From NCBI GenBank assembly GCA_963762255.1, contig CAVXKA010000003.1, positions 224,001 through 288,000 on the forward strand: a stretch of DNA of 64,000 nucleotides, given 5' to 3'. The DNA comes from Candidatus Eiseniibacteriota bacterium. GTDB lineage: Bacteria > Eisenbacteria > RBG-16-71-46 > JABDJR01. Position numbers and translations under genes: made by a program. How positions within the stretch are numbered: position 1 is the first letter of the stretch; each line of letters begins with the position of its first letter. Of the stretch, positions 1 to 8,171 are shown piece by piece. The notes under the pieces are model-generated. The model had not been told where the DNA came from. It saw only the letters and a list, made by a program, of their open reading frames with translations, and ran no database searches.

Positions 1-1
1 G

Positions 2-664
2 GTGCTCCGGGCCCGCGTCGGGGCCCTCCAACGACTCGCGGGCAGACTTCCCCTGACCGAATTCGACGGTATTGAGACTCAAGACCGCTACGACGAGCAG
101 GTTGTCCTGGCCATCCACCGCGTGGCTCGTGTCGGAGTGGAGGCCGATTCAACACTCCCGCCGGAGGCGGACGCGATCCGTTTCAACACCGTACTGGGGA
201 CCCTCCCGCAGATGGGGGACAGCCCGGTTGGGTTCATGGTGCTGATTACGGCCGAGGCGGCCCTGGCAGCCGCCGACAGCCTCGGACGGGCACGCGACTA
301 CTCGCCTCGCAGCGCTGACAGGCTGGCACTGCGCATGATCCGTTACGTCACCGCCGACTTCGCCGCGGCCCGCGAGGACTTCATCCGCAAGGCCAAGGTC
401 GACGGGTTCCGCCAGAGTTCTGTAATCATGCGGATGCGCTGCCCCAAGGACGGCGGCGCCTATCGAGTGGTCGAGATGAAGAACAAGCTTGGAGATTCGG
501 GCGAGGTTTCAACGCAGTACTTCCTGAACTGCATGACCTGTTCCGAACCCGAAGTGCTGCATTTCAGGTTGGACGTGGCGAGCCGGCTTAACCAGGCCGC
601 CGAGAGGCAACCTCTCAAGAAGACGCCTCAGGCCAAGAGCCCGAATCCGGGGCTGGAGCCCTGA
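2..664 (+). CDS. Hypothetical protein, 5'-partial, with a C-terminal zinc-ribbon-like motif
   Basis: ORF open from the window edge with GC-rich third positions; CPKD...CMTC pair near the C-terminus. Confidence 0.65.
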   Translation: MLRARVGALQRLAGRLPLTEFDGIETQDRYDEQVVLAIHRVARVGVEADSTLPPEADAIRFNTVLGTLPQMGDSPVGFMVLITAEAALAAADSLGRARDYSPRSADRLALRMIRYVTADFAAAREDFIRKAKVDGFRQSSVIMRMRCPKDGGAYRVVEMKNKLGDSGEVSTQYFLNCMTCSEPEVLHFRLDVASRLNQAAERQPLKKTPQAKSPNPGLEP

Positions 665-841
665 TCCGCGCGATGTACCTGGCGTGGAACTGCCGTGTTT
701 GCAAGGCGTTCTACGAATTGTTAAGAAAGTGTTGATTCCCCAGATCGCCGCTTGGTAGGATTAGAGCGATCCAACTCGAGCCATGGCAGGGGTGGAGCAG
801 CTTTCAGGACTCGCTCTAGACACAGTACAGGAGGTGCACCG

Positions 842-1462
842 ATGGGTCGCAGTTACCGACTCCTCATCGCCGCGCTGGTTGCCGGTGTTCTCGTCGCCGG
901 TAGTTCCTTCGCCGGCATTCCGGATCCGACTCTCAGCGTGGTTGGCAACGTGCTCTATTCCCCGGGCGGTACGGTCGAATACATCGTCACCGTCAATGGC
1001 TCTGCGGGACCGATCGACAGCGCCACCGTTCAGCTCGTGTTTTCGACCGAAGCCGACGGACTGGTCTGTTGGTGCGTCGGGCAGGCTCATCCGCTGATCG
1101 AGGCTACGACCGACGCCAGCGGGGAAGCCCATTTCTTCATTGCGGCCGGTGGATGCATCGACCCGTCGCTGGTGGCTGCGCCTCCGGCGGTCGAGGTCTT
1201 TGCCAACGGCATCAAGCTGAAGGAAGTCGGCTGTGTCAGTCCGGACGCCGTGGACGACTCCGGCATCCTCCCGACCTCCGGCTGGAACCCTGGAACGTTT
1301 TGCACCGTGAGTCTTGCCGATGCCGGTCTGCACAGCCCGTCGATCAAGACCGGAACCTACACGTTCTGCTCGGATGTGAACTCGGACCTCGCGGTGGATC
1401 TGACGGACGCCGTGGTTCTCAGCGAGGGCATCAAGTCCGGATTCACCTGCACCAAGCAGTAG
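842..1462 (+). CDS. Secreted Cys-rich protein with a C-terminal dockerin/EF-hand-like Ca-binding motif
   Basis: Strong SD (AGGAGGT) before ATG 842; signal peptide MGRSYRLLIAALVAGVLVAGSSFA; DVNSDLAVDLTD motif; own terminator. Confidence 0.75.
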   Translation: MGRSYRLLIAALVAGVLVAGSSFAGIPDPTLSVVGNVLYSPGGTVEYIVTVNGSAGPIDSATVQLVFSTEADGLVCWCVGQAHPLIEATTDASGEAHFFIAAGGCIDPSLVAAPPAVEVFANGIKLKEVGCVSPDAVDDSGILPTSGWNPGTFCTVSLADAGLHSPSIKTGTYTFCSDVNSDLAVDLTDAVVLSEGIKSGFTCTKQ

Positions 1463-1486
1463 CTGCGCCTTCGTCCTGGTGCTTTG

Positions 1487-1521
1487 AGCCCGACCCGCAT
1501 TCGCGGGTCGGGCTTTCTTTT
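1487..1521 (+). terminator. Rho-independent terminator
   Basis: 12-bp perfect stem AGCCCGACCCGC/GCGGGTCGGGCT, loop ATTC, followed by TTCTTTT. Confidence 0.85.
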
Positions 1522-1551
1522 CGATCGGCCCGGACCCCTTCCGGACCGGCT

Positions 1552-2895
1552 TCAGCGAGTCCGATCGGGGGGAATGCCTCGCTCTCGCAGTCGATCCCCC
1601 AATTCGCGCTCGTAGCCCCGGTCGGTGGGACGATAGAAGGTACTCCCTTCCAGCGCTTCGGGAAGGCCCTGCTGACCGGTGAACGCGTCGGGCGCGTCGT
1701 GTTCGTATCGGTAGCCCTCGCCGTAGCCCAGGCTCTTCATGAGCTCGGTGGCCGCGTTGCGGAATACCATTGGGACAGGGAGGCTCCCGGTCTCGGCTAC
1801 CACTCGGGCGGCCTCGCGTTCGGCGAGATAGACGCGGTTGCTCTTGGGCGCCAGCGCGAGATAGATCACTGCCTGCACGAGGGCGGCCCCCCCCTCGGGG
1901 AGCCCGACGAAGTGCACAGCCTGCTGCGCGGCGACCGCTTGAACGAGCGCTTGCGGGTCGGCCAGCCCAATGTCTTCCACCGCCATGCGGACGATGCGTC
2001 GGGCCAGGTAGAGAGGATCCTCGCCGCCCTCGATCATGCGCACCGTCCAGTAGACGGCGGCCTGCGCGTCGCTGGCGCGCACACTCTTGTGCAGGGCCGA
2101 GATCAGATTGTAGTGCTCCTCTCCGGCCCGATCGTATCTCAGAGCCGCGGCCTGCAAGGCTTCGCGGACATGATCCAGGGTCAAGACAAGTGCACCTTCT
2201 CCGCGAGCCAACTCGACCGCAATCTCGAGCGCATTCAGAAGCCGGCGGGCATCCCCGTCTGCCCCGCGGACGAGCGCGTCACGGACGGGGCCCGGCACTT
2301 CGAGCCCCGAGCCGCCCACCCCCCGCTGCTCGTCGACCAGGCTGCGGTCAAGCACGGCGGATAGTGCGTCTTCGCCCAGGGGCTTCAGCACGACGACACG
2401 GCAGCGACTGAGGAGCGCCGAGTTCACTTCAAAAGACGGATTCTCCGTGGTGGCGCCGAGCAAGGTGATCAAGCCCGACTCGGCATGCGGAAGCAAGGCG
2501 TCCTGCTGTGCCCGGTTGAAGCGATGGATCTCATCGAGGAACAGGACGGTGCGCTGCCCTGAACGCCGGTACTGCCGCGCGGCCTCGACCACTTCCCGAA
2601 CGTCCTTGACTCCGGCCGAGACGGCGGAAAGGCCCACGAATCGGGCGTCCCGGCTCCGCGCGAGAAGCCGGGCGAGGGTGGTCTTCCCGGTCCCGGGAGG
2701 ACCCCAGAAGATCATGGAGGGAAACGCCGCGCCTGCGGCGATCCGGCCCAGCAGGTGGTCCGGGCCAGTGAGATGCTCCTGCCCGACAACGTCGCTCAGC
2801 ACCCGGGGGCGCATCCTCTCGGCCAGAGGCGCATCCTGGGTCGCTCCGTCGGAGGGGGGTGCCCCCGGCTCGTCGGGAAAGAGTCCAAAGCCCAT
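1552..2895 (-). CDS. rarA: Replication-associated recombination protein A (RarA/MgsA AAA+ ATPase)
   Basis: PLAERMRP, GPPGTGKTT, LDEIHRFN, GATTENPSF and SALHKSVRASD motifs. Confidence 0.95.
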   Translation of the reverse strand: MGFGLFPDEPGAPPSDGATQDAPLAERMRPRVLSDVVGQEHLTGPDHLLGRIAAGAAFPSMIFWGPPGTGKTTLARLLARSRDARFVGLSAVSAGVKDVREVVEAARQYRRSGQRTVLFLDEIHRFNRAQQDALLPHAESGLITLLGATTENPSFEVNSALLSRCRVVVLKPLGEDALSAVLDRSLVDEQRGVGGSGLEVPGPVRDALVRGADGDARRLLNALEIAVELARGEGALVLTLDHVREALQAAALRYDRAGEEHYNLISALHKSVRASDAQAAVYWTVRMIEGGEDPLYLARRIVRMAVEDIGLADPQALVQAVAAQQAVHFVGLPEGGAALVQAVIYLALAPKSNRVYLAEREAARVVAETGSLPVPMVFRNAATELMKSLGYGEGYRYEHDAPDAFTGQQGLPEALEGSTFYRPTDRGYERELGDRLRERGIPPDRTR

Positions 2896-2904
2896 GGCTT
2901 CATT

Positions 2905-5748
2905 CTAGCCCGAAACCGGCTTGCCTCGCCCTCGATGAAGCAGGGGGGCAAGGTAGGGCGCCAGACGAGAACGCGCCGCGCGCACCACAGTCTCCGGAGG
3001 ACCCTGGGCAAGGATCTCCCCGCCCGCGCCGCCCCCATCCGGACCCAATTCGACCAGCCAATCGCACGCGGCGAGGACTTCGAGGTGATGCTCGACCACC
3101 AGGACCGCATTCCCCGAACTCGCCAGCGTGCGCAAGATGCCGATCAGTTTCTGCACCTCGGCGCCGTGGAGCCCCACCGTCGGCTCGTCGAGGATGAAGA
3201 GGCGTCCGCTCGCCTCCGTGGCCAGCTCCCGCGTCAGCTTCAGCCGTTGGGCCTCGCCTCCCGAAAGCGTGGACGCGGGTTGCCCCAGCGTCAGGTAGCC
3301 CAGCCCCACGCGTTGCATCCACCAAAGAGGCCGCACCACTGAGGGAGTAGCCGCGAAATGGACGATCGCCCGGTCGACGGTCAGGTTGAGCGTCTCGACG
3401 ATATCCATGCCGCGAAACCGGACCTCGCGTACTTCAGGGCCGAACCGCGATCCACCGCAGGCCTCGCATGGCAGACGTACATCGGGCATGAAGTCCATGT
3501 CGAGCCTGACCTCTCCCTCGCCTCGGCAGGCTTCGCACCGTCCGCCGGCGATGTTGAAGGAGAAGGCGCCGGCCCCCAACCCACGGCGTCTCGCTTCGGG
3601 GAGGGCGGCGAAGAGGGTGCGAACACCGTTCCACGCGCCGACGTAGCTCGCCGGGATCGAGCGCGCCGAGCGCGGCAGTGGATCCTGATCGACAACGCTG
3701 AAGCCCGTGATCGGCGCCTGCACCAAGAGGCGTCCAAGTCCCTCCGCGGAAGTCTCGTCGACTGTGGCCCCGTTGCTCCCGGGCTTGACGAGGGATCCCT
3801 TCGGGGGGCGTATCGACGAACCATGCACGCGGGCGCGAGATTCCAGGAGAGGCACGAGGGTGTCGGTGACGAGAGAGCTCTTCCCGGATCCGCTCACCCC
3901 GCATACGCCGGTCAGAGTGCCCCAGGGAAAGTCGGCGTCCACCCCCTTCAGGTTGTGCAGTCGAGCGTCGCGCAAGCGAAGCCATCCCCGTGGCTCGGCG
4001 AGGGGGGCGCGCTGCGCCGGGGCTTCGTCGCGCAGCACGTCGACCGTCGGCGACCAGGCCCCCTGCAACCGCGTCGATACCGGACCGCAATAGACGAGTC
4101 CTCCACCGTCCTTCCCACCACCCGGCCCCAAGTCGATCATCCAATCCGAGGCGAGCATGACTTCGCGGTCATGCTCCACCACCACGACCGTGTTCCCGTC
4201 TCGGATGAGGTCGCGCAGAACCTCCATCAGTCGACCGGTGTCCCGGGGGTGCAGCCCCACCGTCGGCTCGTCCAACACGTAGAGCGCATCGACGAGCCTG
4301 GCGCCCAGCGCGTGCGCCAGCTCGATGCGCTGCATCTCTCCCCCAGAGAGCGTTCGGCTCAACCGATCCAGGGTGAGATAGCCAAGCCCCACCCGTTCGA
4401 GCACGTCGAGTCGGTGGTCGATGTCCGCGATCAGCGAGCGGGCGGTCTCGCGCTCCCGATCGGTCAGGGAGAGCCCGTTGAGTCGTCCCCGGAGCTCCTG
4501 TACCGGGCGCGCGCACCATTGGGTAAGGGATTCCCCTTCGACGCGGACCCAGCGGCCTTCCGGGCGCAGGCGGCTCCCGGCGCACTCCGGACACACATTC
4601 GGGCTTTGGTAGCGCCGGACCAGAAATCGCGCCCCCGGCTTGTAGGACTTCGCGGCGAGCCGACCCAGGAACCGGAGAACGCCTGGAAACGTGCGGTCGC
4701 CGCTCAGCAGGAACTCCTGGTCTTCCGGATCGAGGTCGCGCCACGGCCGGCGCCGAGGAATCGCGCGTGCTCGCGGGGAACTCTCAAACTTGCGAAGGAA
4801 ATGCGTCCGCCACCGTCCGGCCCATGGGGCGATCGCTCCGTCGTCGATGGAACGCAGAGGATCGGGCACGATCTTCCGCGGGTCGAACTCAAGGGTGAAT
4901 CCGAAACCCTCGCATCGAAGGCACGCGCCGGCGGGGCTGTTGAACGAGAAATGGAGAGGCTCGGGCTCGGGGTAACCCGCTCCGCAGCCGGTGCAAACGC
5001 GGCCGAGCCGGTACTGCACGGGGTCACCTCCCTCGGGATGTACCTCAGCCACACCCGCGCCCTCTCGGAAGGCCGCATCGAGGGCTTCCGCCAGCCGCCC
5101 TCGTCGATCCGAGCGGACCCGATCCTGGAGAATGTTCCAGCTCGCCGACGCGGGAGCATCGGCGAGATCGACGAGTCCGCCTTCCCCGAGCACTCGGAGG
5201 TACCCCCGCGCCCGCAGCGAGCGGCGCGCCGCCTCGGCATCCCGAGCAGCGGGATGGGGAAAAGTGACGTTCAGGCGGCAGAGGGGTCCGGAGGCCCAAA
5301 CGTCAACGACGCGCTCCGCTGTCCAGCGGGGCACCTCCCGATCGCAGACAGGACAAACAACATGTCCGATCCGCGCGAAGAGAAGGCGGAGAAAGTCGTA
5401 GATGTCCGTGCTGGTGCCGACTGTCGATCGCGCGCTCCGGACAGCGGTGCGCTGTTGGAGGGCAACAGCGGGGGAAATCCCCTCCACAGCGTCGACTTCA
5501 GGACGGGGGAATCGCTCCAGGAAACGGCGGGCGTGGGCGGACACGCCGTCGAGGTATCGCCGCTGGCCCTCCGCGTACAGGGTGGCCATGGCCAAAGAGG
5601 ACTTCCCTGAGCCGCTCACCCCGGTGACCACCGTAAGCGCCATCCGAGGGATGTCCAGGTCGATGCCGCGCAGGTTGTGCTGCCGGGCCCCCAGAATGCG
5701 GATTCGATCCCTTCGCACCGAACCCGCCCCGGTTGGATCGCCTGTCAT
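2905..5748 (-). CDS. uvrA: Excinuclease ABC subunit A (possibly a second UvrA paralog)
   Basis: GARQHNL; two GVSGSGKSSL Walker A motifs; LSGGEMQR and LSGGEAQR signatures; FSFNSPAGAC and FSFNIAGGRC zinc fingers. Confidence 0.93.
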   Translation of the reverse strand: MTGDPTGAGSVRRDRIRILGARQHNLRGIDLDIPRMALTVVTGVSGSGKSSLAMATLYAEGQRRYLDGVSAHARRFLERFPRPEVDAVEGISPAVALQQRTAVRSARSTVGTSTDIYDFLRLLFARIGHVVCPVCDREVPRWTAERVVDVWASGPLCRLNVTFPHPAARDAEAARRSLRARGYLRVLGEGGLVDLADAPASASWNILQDRVRSDRRGRLAEALDAAFREGAGVAEVHPEGGDPVQYRLGRVCTGCGAGYPEPEPLHFSFNSPAGACLRCEGFGFTLEFDPRKIVPDPLRSIDDGAIAPWAGRWRTHFLRKFESSPRARAIPRRRPWRDLDPEDQEFLLSGDRTFPGVLRFLGRLAAKSYKPGARFLVRRYQSPNVCPECAGSRLRPEGRWVRVEGESLTQWCARPVQELRGRLNGLSLTDRERETARSLIADIDHRLDVLERVGLGYLTLDRLSRTLSGGEMQRIELAHALGARLVDALYVLDEPTVGLHPRDTGRLMEVLRDLIRDGNTVVVVEHDREVMLASDWMIDLGPGGGKDGGGLVYCGPVSTRLQGAWSPTVDVLRDEAPAQRAPLAEPRGWLRLRDARLHNLKGVDADFPWGTLTGVCGVSGSGKSSLVTDTLVPLLESRARVHGSSIRPPKGSLVKPGSNGATVDETSAEGLGRLLVQAPITGFSVVDQDPLPRSARSIPASYVGAWNGVRTLFAALPEARRRGLGAGAFSFNIAGGRCEACRGEGEVRLDMDFMPDVRLPCEACGGSRFGPEVREVRFRGMDIVETLNLTVDRAIVHFAATPSVVRPLWWMQRVGLGYLTLGQPASTLSGGEAQRLKLTRELATEASGRLFILDEPTVGLHGAEVQKLIGILRTLASSGNAVLVVEHHLEVLAACDWLVELGPDGGGAGGEILAQGPPETVVRAARSRLAPYLAPLLHRGRGKPVSG

Positions 5749-5788
5749 CCTGCTATTCTATGCGAGAGCGCTCCGGCCAGAAATGCGA

Positions 5789-5858
5789 AGGGGCCGGCGC
5801 AGGACCGAGTCCCGTCACCGACCCCTCTCGACCCGATTCTCTTCCCCGAGGGGAAGAG
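5789..5858 (-). terminator. Two hairpins downstream of the histone-like gene (probable terminator or stabiliser)
   Basis: Hairpin CTCTTCCC/GGGAAGAG at 5839-5858; longer G-U-containing stem AGGGGTCGGTG...CGCCGGCCCCT at 5826-5789 followed by TCGCATTT on the minus strand. Confidence 0.55.
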
Positions 5859-5873
5859 CGAGCCATCGCCGAA

Positions 5874-6062
5874 CTACATCTTCACCATGCGGTTCGACGG
5901 GGCCTTCTTCGTGGCCTTCTTGCGGGCCTTCTTCTTGCCGGCTTTCTTGGCCTTCTTCTTAGCTACCTTCTTGGCCTTCTTCTTGCCAGCCTTCTTGGCC
6001 TTCTTCTTCGCGACCTTTTTCTTCGCGGTCTTCTTCTTCGCGGTCTTCTTCTTCTTTGCCAT
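5874..6062 (-). CDS. Histone H1-like Lys/Ala-rich small basic protein (62 aa)
   Basis: 33 Lys, 2 Arg and no acidic residues; repeated VAKKKAKKAGKKKA; strong SD AAGGAGG inside the 3' end of the upstream gene. Confidence 0.85.
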   Translation of the reverse strand: MAKKKKTAKKKTAKKKVAKKKAKKAGKKKAKKVAKKKAKKAGKKKARKKATKKAPSNRMVKM

Positions 6063-6064
6063 CT

Positions 6065-6475
6065 TTACTCACCCCCCTCCTTTCGAGGATTTACCGACGT
6101 CCCGTTATTGGGATCGCCGATGAGCTCTGATACTGACCTGAGCATGTTGTCGAGGTCGAACGGCTTGCGGACATACTTATCGACTCCAAGTCGCTTAGCC
6201 TCGGCTCTTACATCACGGTTTCCAAACGCGGTCATCAGAATGACCTTGGAAGTCCTTCCGCTCTCGCGCGCGGTGTGGAGGAGCTCAAGTCCGCTGCCTT
6301 TCGGCAACCGGTAATCCAGAATCACCAGATCGAACGTGACTTCCTCGAGCCACTTCTCCTCCGCCTGCTCCGCGGTGTGCGTCACGACGGCGTTGTAGCC
6401 GGCTTCCTTCAGTGCAGTCGACAAGGTCCGGGCCAAGAGCCGTTCGTCCTCGACGATCAAGATCGTCTTAGCCAC
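6065..6475 (-). CDS. Single-domain response regulator (receiver only)
   Basis: ILIVEDE, phospho-Asp in LVILDYRLP, LMTAFG and KPFD motifs; no output domain. Confidence 0.9.
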   Translation of the reverse strand: MAKTILIVEDERLLARTLSTALKEAGYNAVVTHTAEQAEEKWLEEVTFDLVILDYRLPKGSGLELLHTARESGRTSKVILMTAFGNRDVRAEAKRLGVDKYVRKPFDLDNMLRSVSELIGDPNNGTSVNPRKEGGE

Positions 6476-6508
6476 GACTAAACCCCCAGTCCTCCGACTC
6501 CTTGTCTA

Positions 6509-6524
6509 AGCACCCCTCGTGCCA
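6509..6524 (-). promoter_or_regulatory. Sigma54 (-24/-12) promoter
   Basis: Minus strand reads TGGCACGAGGGGTGCT against the consensus TGGCACG-N4-TTGCW, with correct GG-N10-GC spacing, 34 nt upstream of the GTG at 6475. Confidence 0.75.
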
Positions 6525-6630
6525 ATGACCGGGGTCTGTTTCTAATTCATTAAACTACAATGAGTTAAGGTCGCACAGGTGAGCCATCGCCCGAAAAGCA
6601 GGAGCGGATGAGTCCACGCAACTGCCTAAG

Positions 6631-6643
6631 AATCAGATAGTTA
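6631..6643. promoter_or_regulatory. IHF-like binding site
   Basis: AATCAGATAGTTA matches WATCAR-N4-TTR and lies in an AT-rich stretch between the enhancer-like sites and the sigma54 promoter. Confidence 0.55.
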
Positions 6644-6704
6644 CGCCACTACAACTCGACTATGCATGTCCTAATACCTTGACCATACATGCGTTACAAG
6701 ATTG

Positions 6705-6739
6705 TGTCCAAAAATTGGACGGTGTCAAAAGTCTGGACA
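6705..6739. promoter_or_regulatory. Tandem enhancer-like (UAS) palindromes for a sigma54 activator
   Basis: TGTC-CAAAAATTG-GACG (6705-6721) and TGTC-AAAAGTCTG-GACA (6723-6739), 18 bp apart and about 180-215 bp upstream of the -24 element. Confidence 0.6.
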
Positions 6740-6764
6740 GCAAACGAGTAGTGACGCAGACGCG

Positions 6765-8171
6765 CTAGTGGGGGCCAGCGTCCGCGGGCGGCGCCGCCGG
6801 CTCCGCGTGCTCAAGCACGTCCGCGTCTCGATGGTCGAGACGCTTGAGGCGATCGAGAAGGCTCTGGCGGGAGATGCCCAGCAGTCGCGCTGCTTGCGAC
6901 TTGTTGAACCCGGTGTGTTCGAGGGCCCGCACGACGTGCTGGTCTTCGATTTCCTGAAGCGTCTGAAGCCGGCCCTCGAGGGGACGCATGCCGCGTGTCT
7001 CGTTGGCGATCTCCGGAGGAAGATGGGAGATCTCCAGAACGGGTCCGTCTTCGAGCAGGACCGCACGCTCGATCACGTTCTTGAGTTCACGCACATTCCC
7101 CGGCCAGGAGTAGGCACGAAGCATTTCCGCGGCGCGCGGGCTCAAGCGATCGAACTTCCGATTGAGCTTCGTGGAGAAGTGCCTCAGGAAATGCTGGGCG
7201 AGCAGGAGCACGTCGTCGCCTCGATCCCGCAGCGGCGGCATGGGAATGGAGACAACCTTCAGCCGATAATAGAGATCCTCGCGGAATCGTCCCGCCTCGA
7301 TCTCCACGGCGATGTCCTTGTTGCTCGCCCCCACCACGCGGATATCGACTTCGAGATCGAGGGTTCCACCTACCCGCTTGAACTTGCGCGAATCGAGGAA
7401 TCGCAGAAGCTTGGCTTGGGTGACCAACGGCATGTCCGCCACTTCGTCCAGGAAGAGGGTCCCGCCGTCTGTCAGCTCCACCAACCCGAGCTTGGTATCC
7501 CGAGCGTCCGTATACGCGCCCTTTTCGTGCCCGAACAACTCGTTCTCCAGCAGGTGCTCCGAGAAGCTCGAGCAGTTCAGATCCATGAACGGCGCCTTGG
7601 CCCGGTCGCTGAGCTCGTGGATGGCCCGCGCCACCAACTCCTTGCCGGTTCCGCTCTCGCCGCTCAGGAGCACGCTGGTCGCGTCGGAGGCGGCCACCTT
7701 GCGAATCACCGAGAGCACTTCCAGGATGGCCGGACTCTCCCCCACGATCGGTTCACCCGCACCGCGTCGCTCGCGGAGATCGTAGAGAGAGAGCCGAAGC
7801 TGGGCCTCGGAGTCGCGCCGCGCCGCCTCCACGGTGTGGACGAGCTGCTCGAGTTCGTAGGGCTTGGTGAGAAAGTCGAAGGCGCCCTGCTTGATGAACC
7901 GCACGGCGAGAGCGGTGTCGCCGAACGCGGTGATGACGATCACTCGCACGCGGGGGTCGACCCCGAGGAGCGTGTCCAGCACACCCAACCCCTCGGCATC
8001 CGGAAGACGATGGTCGAGCAGAATCACCGGTGGGCGCGCGGCCCGCGCCTGGGCCAGACCGTCGGCCGCGGTGTGCGCCACCAGCACCCGGTAACCGCGG
8101 TCGGTCATCACACGAGTCAGCGAACGACCGACCGATGGCTCGTCGTCGATCACGAGAAGGGTCGGGATCAC
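6765..8171 (-). CDS. NtrC/AtoC-family sigma54-dependent response regulator
   Basis: Receiver LLVIDDE; AAA+ motifs GESGTGKE, ELFGHEKGAYTDA (GAFTGA variant), GGTLFLDE, RFREDLYYRL and WPGNVREL; Fis-type HTH. The GTG start overlaps the kinase stop (GTGA). Confidence 0.9.
   Translation of the reverse strand: MIPTLLVIDDEPSVGRSLTRVMTDRGYRVLVAHTAADGLAQARAARPPVILLDHRLPDAEGLGVLDTLLGVDPRVRVIVITAFGDTALAVRFIKQGAFDFLTKPYELEQLVHTVEAARRDSEAQLRLSLYDLRERRGAGEPIVGESPAILEVLSVIRKVAASDATSVLLSGESGTGKELVARAIHELSDRAKAPFMDLNCSSFSEHLLENELFGHEKGAYTDARDTKLGLVELTDGGTLFLDEVADMPLVTQAKLLRFLDSRKFKRVGGTLDLEVDIRVVGASNKDIAVEIEAGRFREDLYYRLKVVSIPMPPLRDRGDDVLLLAQHFLRHFSTKLNRKFDRLSPRAAEMLRAYSWPGNVRELKNVIERAVLLEDGPVLEISHLPPEIANETRGMRPLEGRLQTLQEIEDQHVVRALEHTGFNKSQAARLLGISRQSLLDRLKRLDHRDADVLEHAEPAAPPADAGPH

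Noticed and set aside
680-693. Sigma54 promoter TGGCGTGGAACTGC
   Set aside because: GG-to-GC spacing is 9 nt rather than the required 10.
3358-5610. Long antisense or alternative-frame ORFs (also 6702-8681, 22520-24538, 30707-32371, 34267-36234, 51530-53230)
   Set aside because: These are shadow ORFs of well-supported genes. They are expected in high-GC DNA, are Arg/Pro/Gly-rich and show no motifs.
5890-6060. Short TTCTT repeats as a CRISPR array or microsatellite
   Set aside because: They are Lys codon runs of the histone-like gene. There is no repeat-spacer structure and no cas gene.
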